Numbered from the stretch's first letter, positions 1-9,208 are shown. The stretch is 32,902 bases of DNA from Methanomassiliicoccales archaeon (GCA_028682925.1 JAJRAG010000045.1:1-32902), one strand, 5' to 3'. Notes: a model not told the origin generated them from the sequence alone. Translations and numbers: made by a program.

Positions 1-30
1 ATACAAACGATGGGCGAGATGGTTTCTTTC

Positions 31-1310
31 TCATATTCCGTCCTTCGAAGCGTAGTTCTTGTAGACGGCCAACCAAGAACCGAGACTTGTCGCACCCACG
101 ATGGCGAAGATCAATCCTGCGATCAGTATCCTGTTCTCCCATTCAATGGAGACGATCATCATCCCTAGTGTCCCGACGGCCATGAAGAAGAAGTTGAATA
201 TCGATGATGCCGAACCAGCATCAGTGTCCATCTGCGACATTATGATATCGAGACTCGGTGTCCGTGTGACGCTAACAGACAATGTGGCTGGTATGACCGA
301 TAGCAGGAAAGGAACGGGTCCAAGGTTACCAAACAGGATCACGAGAGCTCCACTGAGCAAGATTGTCGCTAAGCTAAAGGTGACTATCTTCAGTCTATCA
401 AAGCGCTTTGCCAGGAATAGATACAAGAACGGTCCGATCAACAAGAAAGCTGCATTGCAGGCAAAGAAAAGACTGAACTCACCTTGACTTAGACCAAAAC
501 CATCGATGAGAATGTAGCTGGAGATCCCCACCCACACGAAGATTATCATTCCGAGTGGTGACAGACTAGGCAGCAGTCTTGAGTAGCGCCGGTTCTTCAA
601 CACCACCCACAATTGACCCAGAGTTGCCAGTATCCTCCTATTCGATTTCTCTTTCAGCGACTCTTCCATGGCGAGGCAGCCAAGCAACGCGACTGCGCCG
701 AGTGCCCCTAGAATGTAGAAGATCCCCCTCCATGCCATATACTGGAGCAAAACCGCCCCGGCTATTGGCGCAAGTATTGGGCCGAATGCCATCATCATGC
801 TCACTATGGCGTAAGTCCTCTCTCTCTTTTGTGGCCTTCGTATATGTCTTTGACCATAGCGATGGATACTGCCACAGCTACCCCGCCGAATACTCCCTGA
901 AGGGCGCGGAAAGCGATGAGCTGGTAAACGTCGAAAGACAGACCACACAGGATGCTGAATATGACGAAGGCGGTCATGCCCGTCACCAAAGTCGGTCTTC
1001 GTCCGTACCTGTCGGAGAGTGGCCCCCACAGCAACAGCCCAATGGCATAGAAGAGGAAGAATAGTACCAGGTTCAGATTGAGAAGGCTTATCGGAGAATC
1101 AAACTGTGTGCTCATGCTTGGAAGGGCCGGGAGGTACATGTCGGTGGCGAGGGCAGGCAAGGCATTGAGCACGATTATTACCACCAATACGATCGGTGAC
1201 TTCTTTGGAATCATGAATCTTCTGGGCGCGGCTTCGTTGTTGACACTCCCATCCATGCTCTCCTGAAGCACAGTCTCTCCCTCCTTCTCCACTCGTCCTG
1301 GTATCTTCAA
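31..1310 (-). pseudogene. MFS transporter (Bcr/CflA-like drug:H+ antiporter type), interrupted by a frameshift
   Basis: Minus-strand ORFs 804..1310 and 31..1029 form the N- and C-terminal parts of one multi-helix MFS protein. The N part has LPALPSM and GPLSDRYGRRP motifs. The C part continues with AFGPILAPIAGAVLL and further hydrophobic helices. The frames switch inside an (AG)5 run. Frame A reads HKRERGLTP-stop and frame B reads PQKRERTYAIVSMMM. Deleting one AG unit gives a continuous HKRERTYAIVS. Confidence 0.7.
818..827. repeat. (CT)5 dinucleotide run, (AG)5 on the coding strand, at the MFS frameshift point
   Basis: Read directly from the sequence: ctctctctct at 818..827. Confidence 0.9.
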
Positions 1311-1575
1311 TCGAGATCTTGAACCGTCAAATGATGATTCTTGAAATCGGAGGGGTCAATAGGTTTGAGCATTTATGTTGTTGCACCGTTCAGCGGCAAC
1401 GACCATCAGGAAATCCGTCCCATCAGACCGCTTGTCGTCTACTGCGACGACTACAGCACATATTTCTGATCGTCTAAAGAACCTCAAGAAGCCCAATTGT
1501 CCAGTCACAGTATGTCCGAGCCCAGATACGGATAGGACTGGGTAAAGGGTTCATACGGGTTGAAGATCTGCGGAT

Positions 1576-1583
1576 AATATTTA
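1576..1583 (+). promoter_or_regulatory. Candidate TATA box (AATATTTA) for the Rieske/Grx/FTR operon
   Basis: AT-rich octamer in the divergent intergenic region, about 63 nt upstream of ATG 1646. It overlaps the ATG at 1583, which argues against 1583 being the real start. Confidence 0.3.
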
Positions 1584-1645
1584 TGCTACATTGTCCAATG
1601 GAGACCAAAAGCTATTGGAGACTTCGTTCCAGAGGCAAAGCAAGA

Positions 1646-1966
1646 ATGAGCGGAATGGAAGAATGGGTGGCAGTATCAGAGGAGAAGCAGCTCAAGGAAG
1701 GTAGCGGACTAAACGTCAATCCGAAAGGGTTGCCGGTGCTTCTACTGAAGAGGTCTGGACAGGTCTTCGCCATCTCGAATCGCTGCCCGCATATGGGATG
1801 CGCGCTCGCGGGCGGGAGCATCTCTGGCTACATTCTGACCTGCCCCTGCCACGATTGGCGCTTTGACATCCGCACGGGAGAATTCTTGAGCGCGAGAGAG
1901 ATCAAGCTACCCATATACGATTTCAAGATCGAATCAGGAACCATATCAATAAGAATAGAGAGGTGA
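1646..1966 (+). CDS. Rieske [2Fe-2S] domain protein (small Rieske ferredoxin / NirD-like)
   Basis: The CPHMGC...CPCHDWRF pattern gives CxH and CxxH Rieske ligands about 20 residues apart. The size is about 107 aa. The ORF track starts at 1583, but the internal ATG at 1646 (MSGMEEWVAV) is preferred because of the TATA position. Confidence 0.8.
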   Translation: MSGMEEWVAVSEEKQLKEGSGLNVNPKGLPVLLLKRSGQVFAISNRCPHMGCALAGGSISGYILTCPCHDWRFDIRTGEFLSAREIKLPIYDFKIESGTISIRIER

Positions 1967-1970
1967 GGAG

Positions 1971-2228
1971 ATGAAGAAGATAAGAGTGTACACTCTGAGT
2001 TACTGCCCTTGGTGCAAGAAGACAAAGAAATTCTTCGCGGATCGCAAAGTTCCAGTCGATTGTGTCGACTACGATCTGGTCAGCGAAGATGAGCAGAAGG
2101 AGATTCTGAACGAAATGAGGAGTAAATCCAAAGGAAGCGTCGCGTTTCCATTCGTGATCATAGAGGACGAAGTGGTCGTCGGATACAATCCTGAGAGATA
2201 CGAGGAGTTGCTTGATCAAAAGGGATAG
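1971..2228 (+). CDS. Glutaredoxin/NrdH-like thiol-disulfide oxidoreductase (CPWC active site)
   Basis: 85 aa. It has VYTLSYCPWCKKTKKFF near the N-terminus and a thioredoxin-fold spacing with VAFPFVII...VVGYN. A strong GAGGTGAGGAG site precedes the ATG. The gap to the upstream Rieske gene is 4 nt. Confidence 0.8.
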   Translation: MKKIRVYTLSYCPWCKKTKKFFADRKVPVDCVDYDLVSEDEQKEILNEMRSKSKGSVAFPFVIIEDEVVVGYNPERYEELLDQKG

Positions 2229-2568
2229 TGCAAAAATGGATGATCTAGAACGAAAGAAAGCGCTCAGATTTCAGTTCGAAGGCATTGTCGACAAACTAGG
2301 ATACAAGTTCTCTTCAGACGATGAGATTGTGAATGACTTACTGGACGCAGAGGTCCAACTTGAGAAGCGCTTTGGCTCACCATATTGTCCTTGTCAAGGA
2401 AGGACGAACAAGAGGAGCGATGATATGTTGATCGTCTGTCCGTGCATCCCGTTTCACAGGAAGCACTATGATGCGATGAAGCGATGCTGGTGCGGACTGT
2501 ACGTGCACAAAGACGTCGTAGACCCCAGCAAGCTGATCCAAATCCCCATGAGCGAGATGAGGATGTGA
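2212..2568 (+). CDS. Ferredoxin:thioredoxin reductase catalytic subunit-like protein (FTRc / ferredoxin:disulfide reductase family)
   Basis: The six-Cys signature CPC-x14-CPC-x13-CWC (YCPCQGR...IVCPCIPFHRKHYDAMKRCWCGLY) matches the CPC...CPC...CHC pattern of FTR catalytic subunits. The start is either TTG 2212, which has GAGGAG upstream, or ATG 2236 (MDDLERKK). Confidence 0.7.
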   Translation: MIKRDSAKMDDLERKKALRFQFEGIVDKLGYKFSSDDEIVNDLLDAEVQLEKRFGSPYCPCQGRTNKRSDDMLIVCPCIPFHRKHYDAMKRCWCGLYVHKDVVDPSKLIQIPMSEMRM

Positions 2569-2572
2569 CAGC

Positions 2573-2959
2573 ATGTTTGTCAAGATGGCGAAGGAGGAAG
2601 ATCTCGTCGATGGAGGCCTTATGCTCATTTCAGGAAATGGGAAAGAGGCGGTCCTCTGCAACTACGAAGGGAAGTTTTTCGCTATTGAGCGACGGTGCGG
2701 TCACATGAATGCCCCGCTCGAGATGGGGACTCTGACCGGCTACATCCTGACCTGCCCAATGCATAGCGCTCAGTTCAGCATCATCACAGGCGAAGCGCTT
2801 GCCGGCCCCGTTCCGGCGCCTCAGACCCAGGTTTCGACAGCTCAAAAGACGGAAGCGATTCCGGGATACTTGGCAACGCTGATGTCAGGAATCAGAACGG
2901 AGAACGTCAAAACCTTCCCTTTGAAGGTTGAGAATGGATGGATTCTCGTCGACCTATGA
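2573..2959 (+). CDS. Second Rieske [2Fe-2S] domain protein
   Basis: CGHMNAPL...CPMHSAQF provides the CxH and CxxH ligands. A GAGGATGTGA site lies upstream. The gap to the FTRc-like gene is 4 nt. It carries a longer insert after the cluster-binding loop than the first Rieske protein. Confidence 0.75.
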   Translation: MFVKMAKEEDLVDGGLMLISGNGKEAVLCNYEGKFFAIERRCGHMNAPLEMGTLTGYILTCPMHSAQFSIITGEALAGPVPAPQTQVSTAQKTEAIPGYLATLMSGIRTENVKTFPLKVENGWILVDL

Positions 2960-3011
2960 GCGCATCTACTGTTCAGAACATTTCCATGTTCGCATTGGAG
3001 ACTCGAGCATA

Positions 3012-3575
3012 ATGACGTCCCCCCTATTCTTCTCTGACAGAGAACAATGGCGCTCCTGGTTAGTAAGGAATCACAGCTCCAAGAAGGAGGCCTGGCTTCT
3101 TCTCTATAAGAAGAGGACGGGCAAACCGGGGCTCAGCTTGGACGAGGCCGTTGAGGAGGCAATCTGCTATGGATGGATCGACAGCATCCTTAGGCGGGTG
3201 GATGATGAGAAACACATGCTGAGATTCAGTCCGAGGAAGAAGAACAGCAAATGGGCCGTGAGCAATCTTGAAAGGGCTCAAAACATGATTAGACAAGGGA
3301 AGATGACGGAGTCGGGTCTCAGGCTCCTGCCAATGACAAATGACAAGACGGACCCGAAGCGCTATCCGCCCGAAGTTGAGGAAGTCACAATTCCAGAAGA
3401 TCTAGATAGGGCGCTGCAAGGAAGTCCTCCAGCCCATGATGCTTTCAAGTCTCTGGCAAAAAGCCATCGAAGGGGATACATACACTGGATCACAGAGGCA
3501 AAAAGACCCGAGACAAGAAAGAAACGAATAAGAAAGATCGTAGAATTTCTGACGGGTGAGATAGACAGCTTGTAG
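3012..3575 (+). CDS. YdeI/OmpD-associated family protein
   Basis: The sequence REQWRSWLVRNHSSKKEAWLLLYKK...EAICYGWIDS...RFSPRKKNSKW...YIHWITEAKRPETRKKRI looks like the YdeI/OmdA family. The ATG at 3012 has GGAGAC upstream. The track ORF begins at 2928 and overlaps the previous gene. Confidence 0.55.
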   Translation: MTSPLFFSDREQWRSWLVRNHSSKKEAWLLLYKKRTGKPGLSLDEAVEEAICYGWIDSILRRVDDEKHMLRFSPRKKNSKWAVSNLERAQNMIRQGKMTESGLRLLPMTNDKTDPKRYPPEVEEVTIPEDLDRALQGSPPAHDAFKSLAKSHRRGYIHWITEAKRPETRKKRIRKIVEFLTGEIDSL

Positions 3576-4159
3576 AAACAAAGCATCGGACAAGAAAGCG
3601 ATCTAATGTCTTCCGAGAAAGAAGCATCGTGAGAGCTCGAGGGCATTTGTTAGAGACTGCTAATGATAGGAGTTCACCCCTCCGGCCACCCTGAACAAAT
3701 TCCATGATAGCGTTCTGAAAAATCCTTGAACGGCCTGACACAATCTCAATGACCGACCGGAGGCTTTCTTCGCCCGTTCGGTCAGGAGAAGGCGGACAAG
3801 CTTGAAATACGTGGTCTTTCGTGCGACTCAACAATAGTTAATAAATGAGAGGTGATCAACCTGCCAACACATCAGGGCAACAGAAACGACCGATATCTGA
3901 TGATCGAACTATCCTGTGCAGAAAGGAAATGCATTCCATGCACGTACCCCTACTGTCAGCGCTACGTCAGGGAGAACGGGAAGGAAAAGAGGGTCTCAAG
4001 CCGCATTTTCGAAACCGGCAACACAGTGTAGTCCAATAACGAGATTCTTGTTTCCATTCACTGCACCAGGATCGATTGCCGAGAAATGGAAGCCTCGTCT
4101 CCCTTGGGATATTCTGTCTCTTGCCTATTGAGATTCGACTATTCTCTCAGAAATATCGG

Positions 4160-5107
4160 TCAATACTCATTTTTGAAATCGAATTTGAAGATGTCCCGCC
4201 TTGAATAATGTCCGAGTGCGTCAAAATACGCCTTCGTGTGTCTCCTGTCATCAGAGTCCAGCGATGCATAGATTATGGCTTCCTTATCGAAAACAGGTCC
4301 TGCAAGAATCACTCCGGCGGGGTTGACAATGAAGCTCCCGCCCGCAGCCGTGTTGAAGTCCGCGCATTCCTTCGGAAGATCCTTGTCCGGGACGTACTGG
4401 CTGACGCTTATCACGAACGCCTGATTCTCGAACGCGTATTCTCGTACGGCGTGCTCAATGTCGCAGAAGTGAGACGAATCCTTGCCCTCCTCGTACCGTT
4501 TCTTATCTCCTGGATGACGATTCATTACCCACCATCCAGGCCATACGGCGCAATGTATCTCCTCGCCCAGGCTTCCCATCGCCGCCTTCAGAAGCGTCAT
4601 ATGATGCTCATAGCATACAAGTCCTCCGATCGTCCCAATGTCAGTGTCGAACACTCTTACGTCGCTGGCGTCACCCATTCCCCAGACCATTCTCTCGCCA
4701 TGGGTCGGCATCAATTTCCTATGGCGTCCCAGGACCTTTCCATTGTTACCTATGAAAAGGATAGTGTTGTAGAGTGTCTCGCTTCCCTTCCGGTCGCTAA
4801 GCTCTGTGCATCCAATAACTGAGATCATGTCCGCGTTCTTGGAAGCGTCGCATAGGACATCAGTGTCCGAGCTTGGAATCCTGACCGAGTTCTTCTGATA
4901 CTGGACCATGAAATCGGACCATCTTGATATAGGCTGCAATCCCCTCCAATATGGATATCCAGGGATGAATGTCTCGGAGAAAACGGTCAACTTCGCTCCC
5001 GCGCGACCAGCTTCTTCAATCGTCCTACATGCCTTATCGATCGTCGCCTCCTTGTTCATGAAGATAGGAGAGACCTGGGCCGCTGCAACCTTGACCTTGT
5101 CCATCAT
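4160..5107 (-). CDS. Nitrilase / carbon-nitrogen hydrolase family protein
   Basis: The Glu-Lys-Cys triad contexts are VFSETFIPGYP, HRKLMPT and GGLVCYEHHM. The N-terminus VKVAAAQVSP is typical of CN hydrolases. GGTG lies 9 nt upstream of the ATG. Confidence 0.85.
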   Translation of the reverse strand: MMDKVKVAAAQVSPIFMNKEATIDKACRTIEEAGRAGAKLTVFSETFIPGYPYWRGLQPISRWSDFMVQYQKNSVRIPSSDTDVLCDASKNADMISVIGCTELSDRKGSETLYNTILFIGNNGKVLGRHRKLMPTHGERMVWGMGDASDVRVFDTDIGTIGGLVCYEHHMTLLKAAMGSLGEEIHCAVWPGWWVMNRHPGDKKRYEEGKDSSHFCDIEHAVREYAFENQAFVISVSQYVPDKDLPKECADFNTAAGGSFIVNPAGVILAGPVFDKEAIIYASLDSDDRRHTKAYFDALGHYSRRDIFKFDFKNEY

Positions 5108-5290
5108 GATTCAGCACCACGAGATAATCCCTGAAGAAGCAAGCGAACATAAATACTGTGCGTGGCCACTCATTTCAAAAACAGGGATTCGGGACTGCGG
5201 ATGCGGTCGTCTCCGTATAGGAAGCAGGTGGCGGCAATACCATCCAGCGCATTATCGATTCTTGTTCTCCAAAGGCATGTCGAACTCAAG

Positions 5291-5299
5291 ATATATATA
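5291..5299 (+). promoter_or_regulatory. Candidate TATA element (ATATATATA) upstream of the ABC transporter operon
   Basis: AT run about 65 nt upstream of the TTG start at 5364, in the divergent nitrilase/ABC intergenic region. Confidence 0.25.
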
Positions 5300-5363
5300 G
5301 TTTGGAGCTACTCCAGCCGAATTTGGTGGAGCTCAGGACCGAAACTTTGGGAGGCAGCTTGAG

Positions 5364-6080
5364 TTGATCGCGATAGAGATCAAGAACCTGGTCAAAAGCT
5401 ATGGGAGTTTCAACGCTGTCAACAACATATCGTTCGAGGTCAACCGAGGCGAGATATTCGGCCTCATCGGTCCAAATGGCGCTGGCAAGACTACTACTCT
5501 CAGAATCCTTGCGACATTGCTCCAGATCACCTCCGGTGAAGTGAAGATCTTCGGCCACGACCTTGAGCACGAGGCGGATGAGGTCAGGAAAATCATCAGC
5601 TATCTCCCCGAAGATGCTGGTGCGTACAAGAATCTCACAGGAAGGGCATACCTCGAGTTCATAGCACCGTTCTTCGGAGATGGCAACAGGTCTTCGGAGA
5701 TCGTCAGAAAGGGAGTCGAGATAGCGAATCTTGGTGAGAGGATCAACGACAAGGTCGAGACGTACAGCAAGGGGATGACAAGAAGATTGTTGGTCGCTCG
5801 TGCATTGATGATCGAACCCAAGCTCGCGATACTTGACGAACTCACTTCCGGCCTGGACGTCTTGAACTCCCAAGAGATCAGGAAACTTGCCAAGAAGACC
5901 ACCTCCGAGGGCACGACAATACTCCTCTCATCTCACAACATGCTTGAGGTCGAGCTGCTCTGCGATCGAATAGCTTTGATTGACAACGGCAAGATCGTCG
6001 AGATAGGTACTCCAGATGAGCTCAAGAGGAGGCACAACTGCAACAACATAGAGGACGTCTTCGTGAAGGTGGTCGCATGA
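5364..6080 (+). CDS. ABC transporter ATP-binding protein (ABC-2 / drug-exporter type)
   Basis: Walker A is GPNGAGKTT, the signature is YSKGMTRRL and Walker B is LAILDELTSGLD. The TTG start gives the canonical N-terminus (M)IAIEIKNLVKSYG, with GGGAGG upstream. Confidence 0.9.
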   Translation: MIAIEIKNLVKSYGSFNAVNNISFEVNRGEIFGLIGPNGAGKTTTLRILATLLQITSGEVKIFGHDLEHEADEVRKIISYLPEDAGAYKNLTGRAYLEFIAPFFGDGNRSSEIVRKGVEIANLGERINDKVETYSKGMTRRLLVARALMIEPKLAILDELTSGLDVLNSQEIRKLAKKTTSEGTTILLSSHNMLEVELLCDRIALIDNGKIVEIGTPDELKRRHNCNNIEDVFVKVVA

Positions 6081-7378
6081 ATAGCGTCACGAACATCATC
6101 AAAAAGGAAGTGAAGGAGCTGTTGACGCCGTCCACACTTGTACCAATCATCATCATGGCCGCGATTTTCGGATCGCTGGGTAACATCATCGGAGGAGCTG
6201 GCCAAGAAGCAACGAAGGCTCCGGTAATAGGGATGGTGGATCAAGATCATAGTGTCCTATCAGCGGTAGCTGGCAAGACGCTTAACAAAAGTGCGAACGT
6301 CGTCTACACCGGCTCAAGCGTGTCGGAAGGACTGACGGCGCTGGAAAAGGAGGACGGAATCGCGCTCATCATCATTCCTTCTGGCTTCGGCGAGAGTATA
6401 TTGAGCAACAAAAGTGGGGAGTACCAGATTCTCTGGATCATGAAAGGCACTGGACTCATGGACACTATTTCTTCAAGCAACGTCGACTCTTCACTGCAGC
6501 TCGCGAGCGCGAGCATCTCGAAGGAAATCATAGACAGCCACGCATCGGTGAACTCGACGGTCATTCTGAACCCGACCGTCAAGAACGAGACAACAATTTT
6601 CAAGGGGAAAGAAATGGTTGGGATCTCTCCAGGTTTGATATCTGGCTTTATGTCTCAACAGGCTTTTGTCGTTCCTCTGATAGTACTCATGGTCATCATC
6701 ATGGCCGGCAGCATGGTCATATCGTCGATGGGCACCGAGAAGGAGAACAAGACCCTCGAGACACTACTTACGCTCCCGGTCAAGAGAAGCTCCATCGTCT
6801 TTGGGAAGCTGGCGGGGAGCGCGATCGTCGGCCTCATATTGGCAGTGATTTACATGATCGGACTTGGATACTACACTAGTTCGATCTCTGCTGGTTCCCC
6901 GATAGACATGGCGAAATACGGATTGACCCTCGACGCTTTTGACTACGTTCTCGTCGGCATCTCGCTCTTCCTCGGACTGCTTTCGGCATTGGCCCTATGC
7001 ATGCTGCTTGGCATCTTCGCGAAGAACTACAAGTCGGCGCAGACCCTAACGATGCCGATCACTCTCCTGGCGATGATCCCAATGTTCGCGGTGATGATGC
7101 TCGACTTCAACACAATGCCGCTTGTCGGCCAGGTGCTGTTGTTCGCGATCCCGTTCACGCACCCGATGATGGCGATAAGAAGCTTGATGTTCGACGACTA
7201 CACGCTCGTCGTCGGCGGGATCGTCTACGAGGCGATATTCGCCATGGCTACGATGGCGATCGCAGTGTGGTTGTTCAGGAAGGACATCCTCCTGACGGGT
7301 AGACTCACTGCGGGTGAGAAGAAACGATCATATAGCCCGATTTGGAATGCAATTCAAAGGATGAACAAAAGAAAGTAA
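6077..7378 (+). CDS. ABC-2 family transporter permease with a large extracytoplasmic loop (NatB-like)
   Basis: An ATGA start/stop overlap links it to the ATPase gene, and AAGGTGG lies upstream. There is one N-terminal TM helix, a loop of about 170 aa, then 5-6 hydrophobic helices. Confidence 0.8.
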   Translation: MNSVTNIIKKEVKELLTPSTLVPIIIMAAIFGSLGNIIGGAGQEATKAPVIGMVDQDHSVLSAVAGKTLNKSANVVYTGSSVSEGLTALEKEDGIALIIIPSGFGESILSNKSGEYQILWIMKGTGLMDTISSSNVDSSLQLASASISKEIIDSHASVNSTVILNPTVKNETTIFKGKEMVGISPGLISGFMSQQAFVVPLIVLMVIIMAGSMVISSMGTEKENKTLETLLTLPVKRSSIVFGKLAGSAIVGLILAVIYMIGLGYYTSSISAGSPIDMAKYGLTLDAFDYVLVGISLFLGLLSALALCMLLGIFAKNYKSAQTLTMPITLLAMIPMFAVMMLDFNTMPLVGQVLLFAIPFTHPMMAIRSLMFDDYTLVVGGIVYEAIFAMATMAIAVWLFRKDILLTGRLTAGEKKRSYSPIWNAIQRMNKRK

Positions 7379-7438
7379 TGCTGAGTATTCGCATTGAATC
7401 CAACCCCATCGCCTTTTCATCCTACGACGTAGGTCTGT

Positions 7439-8212
7439 TCAGACCTCTTCCTTCAATGACATTCCAACCGGACAATGGTCCGACCCTTTGACGTCTTTGA
7501 GTATGAAGGCGCTCTCAAGCCTACCAAGGAGACCCTCGCTTATAAGGAAGTAGTCAATCCTCCAACCTACATTCCTTTCTCTAGCCTTTGTCTTCAAGTC
7601 CCACCATGTGTACTGACCCGGGGATTGATCAAAGACTCTGAAGGCATCGATGAACCCGACTGCCAACAGCTCATCAATCCAGGCTCTCTCCACCGGAAGA
7701 AAACCAGAAATCTTACGGTTCTCCACCGGCCTTGCCAGATCGATCTCTTTGTGGGCGGTGTTGACGTCCCCGCATATTATCACGTTCTTTCCACGATCCT
7801 TCATTCCTCGGACGAATTCGAGGAACGAGGCGCAGAAATCCAGTTTGTAGGTCAGCCTTTCCTTCGATGACTTCCCATTGGGAAAGTATATGTTGAATAG
7901 AACGAAGTCATCGTAGTAGGCTATCTGGATCCGCCCCTCTTTATCGAACCTCTCCACTCCGATTCCATTCTCGATTTTTGCCGGTTCCTTCTTCGTGAAC
8001 AACGCGACTCCGCTGTAGCCCTTTTTGTCAACTGGCGAAGAGAAATAACACCGATAGCCGTAGATCCTCTTGAGATCCTTCGGCACTTCCCTCTCCTCAG
8101 CCTTTGTCTCCTGAAGACAGAGAATGTCAGGAGCTTCGCTCTTGAACCATTTCTTGAATCCTTTCTTGTGAACTGCCCTGATACCATTGATGTTCCAGGA
8201 AATCATTCTCAT
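7439..8212 (-). CDS. xth: Exodeoxyribonuclease III (AP endonuclease, Xth family)
   Basis: Motifs seen are [32 protein letters not shown] and GSDHCPVG. The start is taken at MRMISWN (8212), which has GGTGA upstream. The track ORF extends to 8275. Confidence 0.9.
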   Translation of the reverse strand: MRMISWNINGIRAVHKKGFKKWFKSEAPDILCLQETKAEEREVPKDLKRIYGYRCYFSSPVDKKGYSGVALFTKKEPAKIENGIGVERFDKEGRIQIAYYDDFVLFNIYFPNGKSSKERLTYKLDFCASFLEFVRGMKDRGKNVIICGDVNTAHKEIDLARPVENRKISGFLPVERAWIDELLAVGFIDAFRVFDQSPGQYTWWDLKTKARERNVGWRIDYFLISEGLLGRLESAFILKDVKGSDHCPVGMSLKEEV

Positions 8213-8327
8213 CCGGAGTTCACCCGACATCTGATTGTATTGCATCGATATCAATCCGCGATTGAGGAATCTCATTCGAAGGGAATCATTATCTCATGCT
8301 TCATCGATTCAAGCCGAGGGTGCGTGG

Positions 8328-8561
8328 ATGAAGGTTGGCGTATGTGGAATAGCATGCGAGATATGTCCCTTGATGGTGAAGGGGAAATGCCCGAATGGTG
8401 AAGACGGATGCTCCCCTAAGATGAACGAATTCTGCAAGGTATCCACATGCGCATTCGAGAGAGGAGTCAGATACTGTTTTGAGTGCTCAGACTTCCCTTG
8501 TGAGACCACGAAGTCTGGACCGATCGCTTACGATTACTGCATGTTCATCTCAGGCAGATAG
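8328..8561 (+). CDS. Cys-rich DUF3795-like protein
   Basis: MKVGVCGIACEICPLMVKGKCPNGEDGC...CKVSTCAFERGVRYCFECSDFPCE fits the DUF3795 Cys pattern. GAGGGTG lies 6 nt upstream of ATG 8328. Confidence 0.55.
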   Translation: MKVGVCGIACEICPLMVKGKCPNGEDGCSPKMNEFCKVSTCAFERGVRYCFECSDFPCETTKSGPIAYDYCMFISGR

Positions 8562-8584
8562 AAATCCAGATTCAGGACCCACCC

Positions 8585-9076
8585 CTAGTAATACGGAGGA
8601 GGAATGATCGTATCAGGGGACGGCTGCGTTGTCTTTGCGATTAGGTAAGCATCGTAGGCCTGCCACAGCCATAACGGGAAGAAGATGAGGCTGAACAGGA
8701 CCGCCGCACCAATCAGTCCCGCACCGTCTGGACCCATGTCGAGTGGTGACAAGAAGAACAAATCGATTATCAGCACCCACGTGAACAGGCCGAGCACTGC
8801 TCCGACGACAAGAAGGACGAGACCCTTCGCTAGGGATCTGACGTAAATGTGCCCCAATCCCATGATACCGAATAGGCCTGGTCCCAGAGCTAGGATTGTG
8901 GCGATCATAGGGCTGGCGCGCGAGGTCACTGGGGCCGAGGGAAGCTGAGACTCGGATGGATGGTAGTTTGACCTGACCTTCTTCGCCGTCCCGGGCCCAG
9001 AAAGGCTGTGACCACATTGATCGCAGAACCTCGCCTCCGACCTCATCTGCGCGCCGCATCTAGAACAATAACGCAA
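8585..9076 (-). CDS. Membrane protein with an N-terminal zinc ribbon and a TM2-like hydrophobic domain
   Basis: The N-terminus YCSRCGAQMRSEARFCDQCG is a CxxC...CxxC ribbon. It is followed by LGPGLFGIMGLGHIYVRSLAKG and three predicted TM helices. Confidence 0.6.
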   Translation of the reverse strand: MRYCSRCGAQMRSEARFCDQCGHSLSGPGTAKKVRSNYHPSESQLPSAPVTSRASPMIATILALGPGLFGIMGLGHIYVRSLAKGLVLLVVGAVLGLFTWVLIIDLFFLSPLDMGPDGAGLIGAAVLFSLIFFPLWLWQAYDAYLIAKTTQPSPDTIIPPPYY

Positions 9077-9208
9077 TCTTTTTGCCTCCGCACCCTAGTC
9101 TAGCCACGTCTGACGACACGATTTACATCGCATGCCTTCCCCTAATAGGTTCTCAAGAAAAACAAACAAGGGAAAAGGGTTTGAAAGGTTTGTCTTGATG
9201 AGGCACCA

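Noticed and set aside
3663-3718. Possible C/D box sRNA, with ATGATA ... CTGA ... ATGATA ... CTGA
   Set aside because: The spacing is wrong. There are 22 nt between the first box pair and only 5 nt between the second, whereas guides of about 12 nt are expected. The C boxes also deviate from RUGAUGA.
3779-3801. GGTCAGGAGAAGGCGGACAAGC, which resembles the SRP RNA helix 8 motif GUCAGGUCCGGAAGGAAGCAGC
   Set aside because: The flanks cannot form the closing pairs of a GNAR tetraloop or the symmetric and asymmetric loops. No complementary 5'/3' Alu-domain or helix 5 strands were found nearby.
3490-3834. A 114-aa minus-strand ORF in the long non-coding gap
   Set aside because: It overlaps the 3' end of the YdeI-like gene, has no ribosome-binding site, and its translation is low-complexity and Ser/Arg/Leu-rich.
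6997-7302. A 101-aa alternative-frame ORF within the ABC-2 permease, and a 148-aa one at 8613..9059 within the zinc-ribbon membrane gene
   Set aside because: Both are Arg/Asp/Pro-rich out-of-frame translations of hydrophobic-helix coding sequence. The annotated frames give coherent TM proteins.
8235-8327. The 5' extension of the DUF3795 ORF (track start 8235), which overlaps the track's extended xth ORF
   Set aside because: The extension has no conserved-looking sequence. The ATG at 8328 has a GAGGGTG ribosome-binding site and starts directly at the Cys-rich domain. The xth gene likewise starts internally at 8212.
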